Under the pieces are notes generated by a model that was not told the DNA's origin, did no database searches, and worked only from the letters and a program-made list of their open reading frames with translations. Position numbers and translations under genes: made by a program. Positions 1 to 9,674 of a stretch of DNA of 64,000 nucleotides are shown here, piece by piece. Position 1 is the stretch's first letter, and every line of letters begins with the position of its first letter. The stretch comes from an uncultured Thermoplasmata archaeon (GTDB lineage Archaea; Thermoplasmatota; Thermoplasmata; UBA10834): positions 96,001-160,000 of the forward strand of contig CAVRDX010000001.1 in the NCBI GenBank assembly GCA_963719945.1. The letters are read 5' to 3'.

Positions 1-899
1 ATGAAGAAGATCGGCGCGAATGCCCATTCCAAGAAGATGATTCCTTCTCGGAATTGTTTCCTATATTCGCATCTCGAGAAACTCGTGCCTGCGACAAATG
101 CTCCAACGATTGCTGAGATGCCTATCTGGTTGGATACAAAGGCGTAAAGGAACGCGAACGAGAGCGCTAGGATGAATCCGCTCTCGGGTATGCCATGTTT
201 CAATCCCTTTCGCTCGGTCATGCCGATTATCTTCACTATTATCCTCGAACCGACAAACGTGCCACCTACGACGAACAAGATCGCCGCTATGGATATCAGT
301 GCGACATCCGAGAAGTCGATGCCACTGCCGGTCCCAACCCCGATGGAGATGGCGAGTACAATCATCCCCAGCACGTCATCGACGACCGCAGCTCCGAGAA
401 TGGTCTTGGCCATACTAGATGATATGATTCCCATCTCCCTCAGGACGCCTCCCGTGATTGCGACGCTTGTCGCGACGAGGGCGGTTCCGACGAAGATGGA
501 TTGTGCGAAGCTCGTTCCGGGGAGGAGTGTGGATGCAAGCGCGAACCCTCCTATCCAAGGGAGGGTTATGCCACCTATCGCGATGAAGATGTTCTTCTTC
601 GTGTAGATTTCCTTGAAGTCGCACTCCAATCCTATGACGAAGAGCATGATGGTCGCGCCGAAGGTTGCCAATAGTGTGATTATGTCGGTAGTGCCTGCTC
701 CCTCCGTCCCGTTCCCGGACGTAATCGTGATAAGATTGAGAACGCTGGGACCGATTATGATTCCGATCACTATCTGTCCCACGGTCTTCGGAAGCCCCAC
801 CCTGACGAATATCATGCTGGATGCGATTGCGATCGCTAGCAGCATCGCAACCTGGAACCACAGGTCGTTGGATATCTCGGCCCAGATCTCAGATAGCAT
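1..899 (-). CDS. Cation:proton antiporter (CPA2/Kef-type), partial, runs off the left edge
   Basis: Own translation from ATG at 899: MLSEIWAEISNDLWFQVAMLL...GQIVIGIIIGPSVL...LFVIGLECD...ATSVAIT...AAVVDDVLG, which are typical CPA2 motifs. Confidence 0.85.
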   Translation of the reverse strand, partial: MLSEIWAEISNDLWFQVAMLLAIAIASSMIFVRVGLPKTVGQIVIGIIIGPSVLNLITITSGNGTEGAGTTDIITLLATFGATIMLFVIGLECDFKEIYTKKNIFIAIGGITLPWIGGFALASTLLPGTSFAQSIFVGTALVATSVAITGGVLREMGIISSSMAKTILGAAVVDDVLGMIVLAISIGVGTGSGIDFSDVALISIAAILFVVGGTFVGSRIIVKIIGMTERKGLKHGIPESGFILALSFAFLYAFVSNQIGISAIVGAFVAGTSFSRCEYRKQFREGIIFLEWAFAPIFF

Positions 900-953
900 G
901 ACTTCGTCTTGATGACGTAGTCATCTGATAAAGCTTTTCAACCTGGCGGCAGG

Positions 954-2231
954 CTATCTCTTCAGTAGTTGCATGATCGGTGACTTACGGAAATCCCTCT
1001 TTCTGCTTCCTGTCAACAATCTATCCGTTCTGAATATCCAGACCGCGATCGCTATCATCACCACCGCGAATATCGTGACATAGATGATGCCTGATATCAC
1101 GAGGATGTAGTCGTCGAACATCAAGCTCCTCATTGCCATCATCGGATGGGAGAAAGGTATCGCGAACAGGAGGACCTGAGCGGCCAATGGCAGTGTGTTG
1201 TAGTCCTTGAACATCGTGATGAACATGGGGATCATTGCGAGTATGGCCACCGGGCCGGTCAACGTCTGCGCTGATTTGTAATCTCTGGTGAACGTGCCAA
1301 GCACCATGCACAATGACAGTGCTGCCAACAGGCTTACGAAGAGGGATACACCCACGAGAACGAAGTCCAGGGTATTCAGAGCGAGCCCATATTCGGCGAG
1401 GTCGATGTCCACACCCGCGGAGAACGAGGTCATGTAATAGTTGAATCCTAGCATGTATATTCCTGCCATCAGGAGCCCGATGATTGCGCTGGCCACCAGC
1501 TTTCCTGTGACTATAGAACTGCGCTTGACTGGCAGGGTCAGTAGAGTCTCAAGCGTCTTGCTCTCCTTCTCCATGCCCATGGAGCTGATGACCGTTCCTC
1601 CGGCCATCATAATGATCATCATGATTATGATCGGGACGGTCATTGATTGAGATGAGATTATTGTTTCAAGAGTGCCAGGTGAGATGCCTTCCATCTCCTT
1701 GTCTTTGAATAATGTGGTATCCGTCGTGGTAGTTGGATTAAGCACCAATGAAGGGTCGCTTGACGATCCCGTCTCGATCATGTATGCCGATATGCCAGAT
1801 TCGACGCTGTATATCAGATTCTGCACCGAAACAGATGATATGGAGTCCAGAAGTCCCGCGCCTTTCATTATCCAGAATATCTGGATCGTCCCAACGGTTT
1901 CGTTGGATATGTTCTCTGTATAATTCGAAGGGATCACCAAGAGCGCGGTGGCGCCTTCTTCCTTGGCTATAATCAAACCTTCATCGATATCCGTCCCATT
2001 GTAGACGATCTCTGCTCCTTGGGATAACACGTACATTGTGATATCTGAAAACACGCCATCATCCAGGTCCACCACACCGATGACCGGCTCTGAGGTAGCT
2101 TCCTCCTGGACACCGCTCATCATGTTCCCAAGATAGCCGAATAGAATCGCGATCACGATGATCGGGAGTATAGTCGATTTGGTGAGCATTTCCTTGATTT
2201 CCTTCCTGATTATGTTTGTAATAGCCTTCAT
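954..2231 (-). CDS. ABC-2 type transporter permease (NatB-like)
   Basis: N-terminal TM, large loop, EKESKTLETLLTLP motif, multiple C-terminal TMs; overlaps the ATPase gene. Confidence 0.85.
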   Translation of the reverse strand: MKAITNIIRKEIKEMLTKSTILPIIVIAILFGYLGNMMSGVQEEATSEPVIGVVDLDDGVFSDITMYVLSQGAEIVYNGTDIDEGLIIAKEEGATALLVIPSNYTENISNETVGTIQIFWIMKGAGLLDSISSVSVQNLIYSVESGISAYMIETGSSSDPSLVLNPTTTTDTTLFKDKEMEGISPGTLETIISSQSMTVPIIIMMIIMMAGGTVISSMGMEKESKTLETLLTLPVKRSSIVTGKLVASAIIGLLMAGIYMLGFNYYMTSFSAGVDIDLAEYGLALNTLDFVLVGVSLFVSLLAALSLCMVLGTFTRDYKSAQTLTGPVAILAMIPMFITMFKDYNTLPLAAQVLLFAIPFSHPMMAMRSLMFDDYILVISGIIYVTIFAVVMIAIAVWIFRTDRLLTGSRKRDFRKSPIMQLLKR

Positions 2232-2950
2232 GTGACCACCCTCATGAAGACATCCTCGATGTTGGCTGCATCATACTTCTTCTTCAGATCGGCTGGAGTG
2301 CCCAACTCGACTATGACGCCGTCGTTGATCAGGGCAATCCGATCGCACATGTACTCGACCTCGAGCATATTATGGGATGATAGGAGCACAGTTGTGCCCT
2401 TCCTCGCGATGTCCTTTACTATCTTCCTTATCTCCTGCGCATTGACGACATCCAGGCCAGATGTGAGCTCGTCCAGTATCGCAAGTCTCGGATTCGTCAT
2501 GAGTGCTCTTCCCACGAGCAATCTCCTGGTCATGCCCTTGCTGTAGGTATTCACCTTGTCGTCGATACGGTCCCCTAGGTCGGCTATCTCGATTCCTCTA
2601 GCGACGATATCCTTGGCAGCCTTGCCGCTCGCGAAGAAGTTCGCGATGAATCTGAGGTAGTCCCTACCAGTGAGGTTCTTGTAGGCGCCAGCATCCTCTG
2701 GCAGATAGCTCAATATCTTGCGCACCTCATGAGGCTCTTTTGCCAGATCGTGCCCGAACACGTTCACGGAGCCTCCGGAGATCTCCAGAAGCGTGGCGAT
2801 CACTCTCAATGTGGTCGTCTTCCCAGCCCCGTTGGGACCGATGAGTCCGAAGACCTCCCGGTCTTCTACTTCGAAGGAGATACCTTTGACTCCCTTGAAT
2901 GAACCGTAGTTCTTATCCAGGTTCTTCACCTCTACAGCGGGCATTGTCAT
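2228..2950 (-). CDS. ABC transporter ATP-binding protein
   Basis: Walker A GPNGAGKT, YSKGM signature, LDE Walker B, SSH switch. Confidence 0.92.
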   Translation of the reverse strand: MTMPAVEVKNLDKNYGSFKGVKGISFEVEDREVFGLIGPNGAGKTTTLRVIATLLEISGGSVNVFGHDLAKEPHEVRKILSYLPEDAGAYKNLTGRDYLRFIANFFASGKAAKDIVARGIEIADLGDRIDDKVNTYSKGMTRRLLVGRALMTNPRLAILDELTSGLDVVNAQEIRKIVKDIARKGTTVLLSSHNMLEVEYMCDRIALINDGVIVELGTPADLKKKYDAANIEDVFMRVVT

Positions 2951-3062
2951 TCACCTTCTTTCAAGTCGATTATAGGTTACCCATACTTACAGTTGGCGGA
3001 GGACGACCACGGGGATATCCAATGAAAAATAGGAATTACCGCTTCCGCCCTTCACCGGTATC

Positions 3063-3338
3063 ATGGAAGCTTGGACGGTTCTCGGTATTCTCGCTGGCGC
3101 TATGACCTCATCGGGCTATGTCCCTCAGATCGTGAAGGGCTGGCGTTCCAGGAGGATGGATGACCTCTCATTGCTGATGCCTGCGATACTCGGTATAGGC
3201 ATGTTCCTTTGGTTGCTCTACGGCATACATATGCAGGACATCGCAATCATCGTAGCCAATATAACTGGCTGCGCGCTCACTGCCACCATCGTCGCTATGA
3301 AACTCTATTTCGATGCCAGGTCAAGATCCGCATCGTGA
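3063..3338 (+). CDS. SemiSWEET / PQ-loop family transporter
   Basis: 91 aa, three TMs, YVPQ motif, LWLLYG, IVAN. Confidence 0.85.
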   Translation: MEAWTVLGILAGAMTSSGYVPQIVKGWRSRRMDDLSLLMPAILGIGMFLWLLYGIHMQDIAIIVANITGCALTATIVAMKLYFDARSRSAS

Positions 3339-3355
3339 ACCCTCATCGCATGGAA

Positions 3356-4243
3356 TCATTTGAAAAGGAATGGTCGGATCTTCTCGACGATCTCTTCCGA
3401 GGGCTCGTCGGCCGGCACTAGTTCTATGTCGTCCGGGTTCGTCACTCCAAGGCCGAGCTCGACCGCCCTCTTGATCTGATCCTGCTCGAAAACCGCCCTG
3501 TTCTCTATCTTCCTCGTAGTGCCATGCATCTTCAGGGCCGCTACCCCGACTGCGTCCATCGCTATCCTGTCCGTCGATGCGAATGTGAGGTTGGCGGACC
3601 ACTTCTTGCCTTTCATCGGCCCACCCTCATAGAATGCATCGACTCCATCCATCACAAGCAACGCAGGCGTGTACGCCACATTCATCTCGGCTATCATGTT
3701 CCGTTGGTTGATCAGAGCGGTATGAAGCTCGGTCATGTTACTTGCGTGCACCATACCTGTAGTGAGCTTGAGTGACATCGTGAAGTGACCGCCATACTGA
3801 TGCGTCTTCAGACAGCACAGGCCTATCACCGCATCGGCTTCTAGGACTGGCTTGGCAAAGAGGAAGCCGTTCCTCCAGTGACTGCCCGGAGGTTTTATCT
3901 TCACCCATCTGTCCTTTGACATCTTATCGAATATGGTGCACTCAAAACCCATCTTCTTCCCAAGGTCGAAGACGCCCTTCTCCTGGAACACCTTCGTGGT
4001 GTCTGCAGGCCCGCTCCTATCACCTACGCTCAATCCTGATGGGCTTCGTTCCTTCACCAGCTCCACCATCGACATGAGCGTGTCGTTGTGGGTCGACCCG
4101 GGTGTGGGATCGGCTGTGTTGAAGTTGGGCTTTATAAGGACCCGCTTCCCCTCGATATCGGGCATGCCTATGATCTCCACGGCCTTCTTCAGAGCGATAC
4201 TCCTGTCAGGATTATGGACCACGGATACGATCGATGTGGGCAT
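3356..4243 (-). CDS. DUF362 domain protein
   Basis: VLIKPN motif, LKTH, TMSLK, DRIAMD. Confidence 0.8.
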   Translation of the reverse strand: MPTSIVSVVHNPDRSIALKKAVEIIGMPDIEGKRVLIKPNFNTADPTPGSTHNDTLMSMVELVKERSPSGLSVGDRSGPADTTKVFQEKGVFDLGKKMGFECTIFDKMSKDRWVKIKPPGSHWRNGFLFAKPVLEADAVIGLCCLKTHQYGGHFTMSLKLTTGMVHASNMTELHTALINQRNMIAEMNVAYTPALLVMDGVDAFYEGGPMKGKKWSANLTFASTDRIAMDAVGVAALKMHGTTRKIENRAVFEQDQIKRAVELGLGVTNPDDIELVPADEPSEEIVEKIRPFLFK

Positions 4244-4290
4244 GTAGAATACACCTCCTCGGTGCTGATAATATGCCTGCGTGATTTACA

Positions 4291-4776
4291 TTACTCTTTC
4301 GGAGAGATCGCATCCATCGCTAGCGCGACTGCGTGTTCTGGCGTTTCGGCTTCGACCAGATGGGGTATCTTTTTGTGATATGCTCTTTCAAGCTTCCATG
4401 TTCCGAGACCTATCACGGTCTTGCCTAGGTTCAGTGCATGGCCGATCTCCGAGAGCGTACCGAACTCCCCTCCGACAGCGATCACTATGTCTGCAGTCTT
4501 CACGAGCATGACGTTCCTGCCGACCCCCATCCCTGTGACGATCGGTATCTGGACATATGGGTTCGCATCGTTCCGGTCGTCAGAGGGTATTATGCCGATC
4601 GTGAGACCTCCTTCATTCCTCGCGCCCTTGCACACGGCCTCCATCACGCCTCCCAATCCCCCACAGACCACAGCTGCGCCGTGTTTCGCGATTTCGGACC
4701 CCAGCTTCTCGGCCTGACGGTATGTCTCCTCGTCCGGCCTGTTCGCCCCTATAACCCCTATGATCTTGAACGCCAT
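4291..4776 (-). CDS. TIGR00725 / LOG-like Rossmann-fold protein
   Basis: VCGGLGGVMEA, RN, GGEFGTLSEI motifs. Confidence 0.85.
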   Translation of the reverse strand: MAFKIIGVIGANRPDEETYRQAEKLGSEIAKHGAAVVCGGLGGVMEAVCKGARNEGGLTIGIIPSDDRNDANPYVQIPIVTGMGVGRNVMLVKTADIVIAVGGEFGTLSEIGHALNLGKTVIGLGTWKLERAYHKKIPHLVEAETPEHAVALAMDAISPKE

Positions 4777-4890
4777 TTCATTACTACATGGTGCTCTTCC
4801 GACTTAAATTCAATCCAGGGCACTGGCCATCCATCGACATGTTTATTAGGTAACCGACCCGATATTGACGCAAGTATTGGAGGCTCCCCC

Positions 4891-5421
4891 ATGCCAGATA
4901 TTAGGGATAGGATTGAGGAAGACAGGGGTATTCTGAAGAAGATCCAAAATTATGTTCCTGGATTCAGAGGATACAGGCGCAGAGAGGATCTTCGTGACGC
5001 GGACCGCATGCTCAGGGCTCAATTGGCACAGAAACTCAGCGATGAGAGGAGAGGTCTTGAGGAGTGCAGAGGCCTGCTGGTGCAGAGCTATGGCTCAAAG
5101 GAGCGGGAACTGATTGGCGGCCTAATCAATCAATTCAAGAAGACCGAAGGATTGGTCCTTCATGCTGAGACGGGCTATTCTGGATTCGTGGCAGATATCC
5201 AGATCAAGGAGGAGCAGCTCGACAAGCTGTACGAGTACGATGCGAGCATGCTCGACCATCTCACATCGATCACTGCGAGCATAGAGTCACTCAAGAATTC
5301 CCTGATGGCGGCTGATGAGACTACGAGCCACAGGGATATCATGAACATCAGGGCTAGGATCACCGATTTCGAGGACAAGTTCAATCGCAGAATGCGCGTG
5401 ATAGAAGGCACGGAGGTGTGA
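4891..5421 (+). CDS. Conserved helical hypothetical protein, first gene of the SPFH operon
   Basis: Start at MPDIRDRIEE after GGAGG; VPGFRGY..RE..R.AD motif; helical composition. Confidence 0.7.
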   Translation: MPDIRDRIEEDRGILKKIQNYVPGFRGYRRREDLRDADRMLRAQLAQKLSDERRGLEECRGLLVQSYGSKERELIGGLINQFKKTEGLVLHAETGYSGFVADIQIKEEQLDKLYEYDASMLDHLTSITASIESLKNSLMAADETTSHRDIMNIRARITDFEDKFNRRMRVIEGTEV

Positions 5422-5425
5422 TGTA

Positions 5426-6544
5426 ATGAGTGTCATAGGGGCAGCAACTTTCAAGTGGGAAGATGTGGACAAGCGCACGAACATAATGTACCGCATGCCT
5501 CGAAACATCCGATTCAACGACAACATAGTCGTTCGTGAAGACGAGGTGGCGGTGTTCTACAGGGACGGAAAGGCGCTGGCCTACATAGATAGACCAGACA
5601 GATACGCCCTTTCCTCGCTTAACGCGCCGATTGTCGGAGCCATCGTGAAATTCCTTTCAGGCGTCCAGCAGCAGGCTGAAGTCATATATCTTCAGAAGCG
5701 TGCGATCGATGGCAAGTTCGGCAGCAAGCAGCCATACCAGTTCCGGGACAAGGAGTTCGGAATGGTCAATCTGCGCGTGTTCGGGGAGTTCCGATACAAG
5801 GTCGCGTCACCAGCCAACTTCGTGAACGAGTTCGTCGGAACGCTCAACTATTCTGCGAGCGCGGAGATAGAGGAGAGGATCAAGGAACAGATGGTCATAC
5901 TGATCTACGACTCCATCGGCGACATGAAGAACGAGGGTATGGGTGTCGCTGACATGGCGAGCAACCTGACCAGCATCGAGCAGGTCGTCCTGTCACGGAC
6001 AAAGGATCATTTCGACCTCTATGGTATCTCGATCGACAAGATATCTGGATTGTACATTTCATTGCCTGAAGAAGTCCAGAAGGCGGTTGATACGCGTGCA
6101 TCGATGCAGATACTCGGTACCAACTATGTCCAGTACCAATCCGGACAGGCCATGCGCGAGGCAGCTGCGAATCCTGCCGGCGGTGCTGCTGCGGCAGGTG
6201 TTGGCGTCGGGGCTGGGATCGGCATGGGATGGACCATGATGGATTCTATGCGACAACCATCACCTGTGCCTGGGCAGCCGGCTCAGCCACAGTCGATGCC
6301 TGGGGTTGCATGTCCGAAATGTGGCACTCAGAACCCGCCCACGGGCAAGTTCTGCTCATCGTGTGGCGCGAAGCTCGGGGCTGTCACGGTCGAATGTCCG
6401 AAATGCAAGGCGGCTGTTCCAGAGACCTCCAAGTTCTGCCCGGAATGCGGTGGTCCGATCGGAGGGAACAAGAAATGTGCTTCCTGCGGCGCTGAGGTGC
6501 CTGTGAGCGTGAAGTTCTGCCCTGAGTGTGGGAAGACACCTTGA
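5426..6544 (+). CDS. SPFH (band 7) domain protein with C-terminal zinc ribbons
   Basis: SPFH-like N-terminus, Gly/Ala linker AGVGVGAGIGMG, three CxxC..FCxxCG repeats. Confidence 0.85.
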   Translation: MSVIGAATFKWEDVDKRTNIMYRMPRNIRFNDNIVVREDEVAVFYRDGKALAYIDRPDRYALSSLNAPIVGAIVKFLSGVQQQAEVIYLQKRAIDGKFGSKQPYQFRDKEFGMVNLRVFGEFRYKVASPANFVNEFVGTLNYSASAEIEERIKEQMVILIYDSIGDMKNEGMGVADMASNLTSIEQVVLSRTKDHFDLYGISIDKISGLYISLPEEVQKAVDTRASMQILGTNYVQYQSGQAMREAAANPAGGAAAAGVGVGAGIGMGWTMMDSMRQPSPVPGQPAQPQSMPGVACPKCGTQNPPTGKFCSSCGAKLGAVTVECPKCKAAVPETSKFCPECGGPIGGNKKCASCGAEVPVSVKFCPECGKTP

Positions 6545-6576
6545 ATCCAATGGCATGATTGAGGTCTGGTTGATGG

Positions 6577-7332
6577 TTGGGTGGGAAATTGGCATCAATA
6601 AAATGTCCGAAGTGCGCAGCGCCTGTGACGTTCGACGCTGAATCCAAGTTCGTGAAATGTTCGTACTGCACATCGCAGATATTCATCGACAGGAGTGGAG
6701 CGGGTTTCTACTACGCCCTTCCATATGCAGTCAGCGAAACGAGCGCCATCGGCACGTTCCGACGCTGGGCGGCCGGGTCGACCAAGGCAAAAGACCTTGA
6801 CAAGGCTGCTCAGATCGCAGGTGTGAAGAAGCAGTATTTCCCAGTCTACATGTTCAAGCGAGATGTCAATGGCAAGGAGCAGGTCCTGATAGAACCAGCT
6901 GGCTCGACCACACTGCCTGGCCTGCACAGCCTGAAGGTGCCAGCGGGGGATCTCAAGATATACGACGATTCTTTCGATGTCGGTGGCGCCGAGTTGATCA
7001 AACCCGACATCGAGATGCTCTCCTACATGGACAATCTTCCAGGAAAGCCCAAGGAGCAGGCCCTGGTGTTCTTCCCGATCTGGAAACTCGATTACGTGTT
7101 CAATCAGAAGAGGTACGAAGTCATCATCGATGGCTCTGCAGGTGAGGTCTTCTCAGCCGAGTTCCCGACACGGAGCTCGAGCGCCTATGTGGCCGTCGCT
7201 GGGATAGGATTCGTCGCATTCGTTGTCGAAGGTCTCATCGCAGCGTCCTCTCTTCCCCTCGCGCTGGGATTGATGGCGTTGACCGTTGCTGGTGTCTTCG
7301 CAAGTGCTTTGTTCGTCGCAAGGAGGATGTGA
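6577..7332 (+). CDS. Zinc-ribbon membrane protein
   Basis: CPKC/CSYC N-terminus, two C-terminal TMs. Confidence 0.7.
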   Translation: MGGKLASIKCPKCAAPVTFDAESKFVKCSYCTSQIFIDRSGAGFYYALPYAVSETSAIGTFRRWAAGSTKAKDLDKAAQIAGVKKQYFPVYMFKRDVNGKEQVLIEPAGSTTLPGLHSLKVPAGDLKIYDDSFDVGGAELIKPDIEMLSYMDNLPGKPKEQALVFFPIWKLDYVFNQKRYEVIIDGSAGEVFSAEFPTRSSSAYVAVAGIGFVAFVVEGLIAASSLPLALGLMALTVAGVFASALFVARRM

Positions 7333-7336
7333 TGAT

Positions 7337-8338
7337 ATGGCCGGCATATCAGTAGGACTCAACTGCCCCGCATGTGGTGGAGCCATATCTGTCGAAGAGG
7401 GAGAGAACACCGTCATCTGCCAATACTGCGATTCCACTCTCTTCATCGAGGGGGACAAGGGCGTCTCCACGATCGCATTCAGTAACAGGGTCGCGAAGGA
7501 TTCTGCCATGAAGGCGACTCAGACATGGTGGACCCGAGGTTTCAAGGCAAGGGACCTCAAGCACACTGGGCAGGTCACCGAGATCTATCCGATATATCTG
7601 CCGTTCTGGAGGGCATTGACCCGGGTGGCAGGCTGGATATGTGGATACGAGGAACGGAGACACACCGATCAGAAGGGGAATGTCCGGGTCGAGAAGATAC
7701 CGAAGGAAGTGATGGTGCTCCAGGATTACACGTTCTCTGAGATCGCATGCGATCCAGGCGATCTCGGCATCCGGACTCTGAAGAACTTCTCGGGCGCTAC
7801 TGGGTTCGCAGATTTCGATATGATCCCCACATTCGAAGCGACCACGAGCAGGGACGATGCCGTCGTCCGCGCGAAGAACGATGCCCTGGCAAGGGCGAAG
7901 GCTAGCGTGCGAGTACCTCATGTGACCTTCCAGAAACTGCATGTCCTTCCGAAGCGTCTGTCGATGGTCTACTATCCCGTATGGGTCGTCAGATACAACT
8001 ACAGGAACAGGATGTACATGTCCACGGTCGATGGCGTAACTGGCCAGATCATGTCCGGACGCGCTCCTGGCGATCCCATGTTCCAGAGCCTCGCGGTCAC
8101 AGCGGGGACATCCTTGGGCGGGATAATCGCTGCTCTCGGAATCATCTTCGCCGGCGGGAGCGCAGAGATAGCGATTGGCGGGCTCGCCATAGGTATCGGT
8201 CTCCTCTATGTCACATACAGATTCTTCCGACACGGGTCTGAGATAATCGAAGGCGAGTTCAAGGAGAAGAAAGCTTCATCGAAGCAGGCTCTCAGGGAGA
8301 TCCAGGGCATCGCCAAACAGCTACAGGGGAGGTACTGA
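7337..8338 (+). CDS. Zinc-ribbon membrane protein
   Basis: CPACGG/CQYC, YLPFW and YYPVW motifs, VDGVTG, two C-terminal TMs; start moved to MAGIS. Confidence 0.7.
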   Translation: MAGISVGLNCPACGGAISVEEGENTVICQYCDSTLFIEGDKGVSTIAFSNRVAKDSAMKATQTWWTRGFKARDLKHTGQVTEIYPIYLPFWRALTRVAGWICGYEERRHTDQKGNVRVEKIPKEVMVLQDYTFSEIACDPGDLGIRTLKNFSGATGFADFDMIPTFEATTSRDDAVVRAKNDALARAKASVRVPHVTFQKLHVLPKRLSMVYYPVWVVRYNYRNRMYMSTVDGVTGQIMSGRAPGDPMFQSLAVTAGTSLGGIIAALGIIFAGGSAEIAIGGLAIGIGLLYVTYRFFRHGSEIIEGEFKEKKASSKQALREIQGIAKQLQGRY

Positions 8339-8339
8339 G

Positions 8340-8927
8340 ATGAATGTGATCCAAGTGACATGTCCGTCCTGCAACACGCCGATATACTCCAAGGTGCGGG
8401 ATCGGCTTTTCTACTGCAACAGATGCAATACCATGCACGTCCGGGACGGAGGGGTCGAGAAACTGGATTTCGAGATCGCTGAGTTCAATCCATCCGCTCA
8501 GGGAGAGAAGGTGTACCTGCCGTTCTGGAGGATGTATTGCTCATTCACCATACATTCGAAGAGTGTCGAAGGTGGCACTATCTCCCGGCTTGCTTCATGG
8601 CTACGCGGAGGTGGGAATAGCGGAAGCCTCTTCATCTATGTGCCCGCAACGGAGATGGACACGGCCACTTTCAAATATTATTCGACTTTGCTCACCGCGA
8701 ACCCTCCGAGATACAACACGAGGTTGAACTTCGGGGACGTACGGCGGATGCCTGCGGTGATGAAAAGAGATGAAGCTGTTGAGTTGGCTGATTTCGTGGT
8801 CGTCACCATGGAGGCTGAGAAACCAGGCATACTCCAGAAGCTGGATTACTCGCTGACCGTGAACGATTCGAAGGTCGTCTACCTGCCATTCGTACTCTCA
8901 CAGTCCGGCATGGCACCAGCATTCTGA
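8340..8927 (+). CDS. Zinc-ribbon hypothetical protein
   Basis: CPSC/CNRC, YLPFW motif shared with the upstream paralogs. Confidence 0.7.
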   Translation: MNVIQVTCPSCNTPIYSKVRDRLFYCNRCNTMHVRDGGVEKLDFEIAEFNPSAQGEKVYLPFWRMYCSFTIHSKSVEGGTISRLASWLRGGGNSGSLFIYVPATEMDTATFKYYSTLLTANPPRYNTRLNFGDVRRMPAVMKRDEAVELADFVVVTMEAEKPGILQKLDYSLTVNDSKVVYLPFVLSQSGMAPAF

Positions 8928-8932
8928 ATGGC

Positions 8933-9661
8933 TCAATCACTGGGTTTCCGCGGACGCTTCGTGAGGAAATCTCTGATAATATCCGCGTGATCGAAGGCCA
9001 TCTCTGGCAGCTGGTCGATGTCTACCCACTCAGCAGCGCTGGCATCGTCTCCGGCTCTGACGGTCCCCTTCTTCCCGCGAAGATGGTAGACTGCTGTCAC
9101 GAAATGCCCTCTAGGGTCCCTATCCGGCGAGGAATAGACACCGACAAGGTCCATGATCTCAGTCACAAGTCCCGTCTCCTCCTGCACTTCACGGACCACG
9201 CAATCCTCCAGTCTCTCCCCGTGATTCAAGAAACCACCGGGGAGCGCATGGTATCCCATGAATGGGTCGTTCTTTCGCCTGATCAGCAGGATCTTGTCAT
9301 CCCGCATCACGATCCCGTCCGCGGTCACGGAGGGCTTCTTCCAGTTGTTCTCGAACTGACTTCTCAGGTGGACGGACTTGTTCTCGTATTCTCTGAGCAC
9401 CGTCTCGCCGAGTTCAGTGAGTTCCGTCTCGCCCCCATGGCTACCTCCGCGGGTCGAAGCCACGACATCTCCTCCGGCGTTCTCGGATATTCTGTGTATT
9501 ATGCCCCATGCATGACGATACGACATCTCCATTTCCTTGGCGGCTTTCGAGAGTGATTTTGTATCCTTGATGATCCTCAGGAGTTTTGCTCGGCCATCGC
9601 TGATTATGAACCTGTCATCACGAACCAGCCAGAACTTCAATCGAAGGTCGTACACGATCAT
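8933..9661 (-). CDS. ModE-type wHTH fused to a NUDIX hydrolase
   Basis: SLSKAAKEMEMSYRHAW...RGGSHGG (ModE HTH) plus Nudix box GGFLNHGERLEDCVVREVQEETGL and RDPR. Confidence 0.85.
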   Translation of the reverse strand: MIVYDLRLKFWLVRDDRFIISDGRAKLLRIIKDTKSLSKAAKEMEMSYRHAWGIIHRISENAGGDVVASTRGGSHGGETELTELGETVLREYENKSVHLRSQFENNWKKPSVTADGIVMRDDKILLIRRKNDPFMGYHALPGGFLNHGERLEDCVVREVQEETGLVTEIMDLVGVYSSPDRDPRGHFVTAVYHLRGKKGTVRAGDDASAAEWVDIDQLPEMAFDHADIIRDFLTKRPRKPSD

Positions 9662-9674
9662 ACCTCTCCGGACA

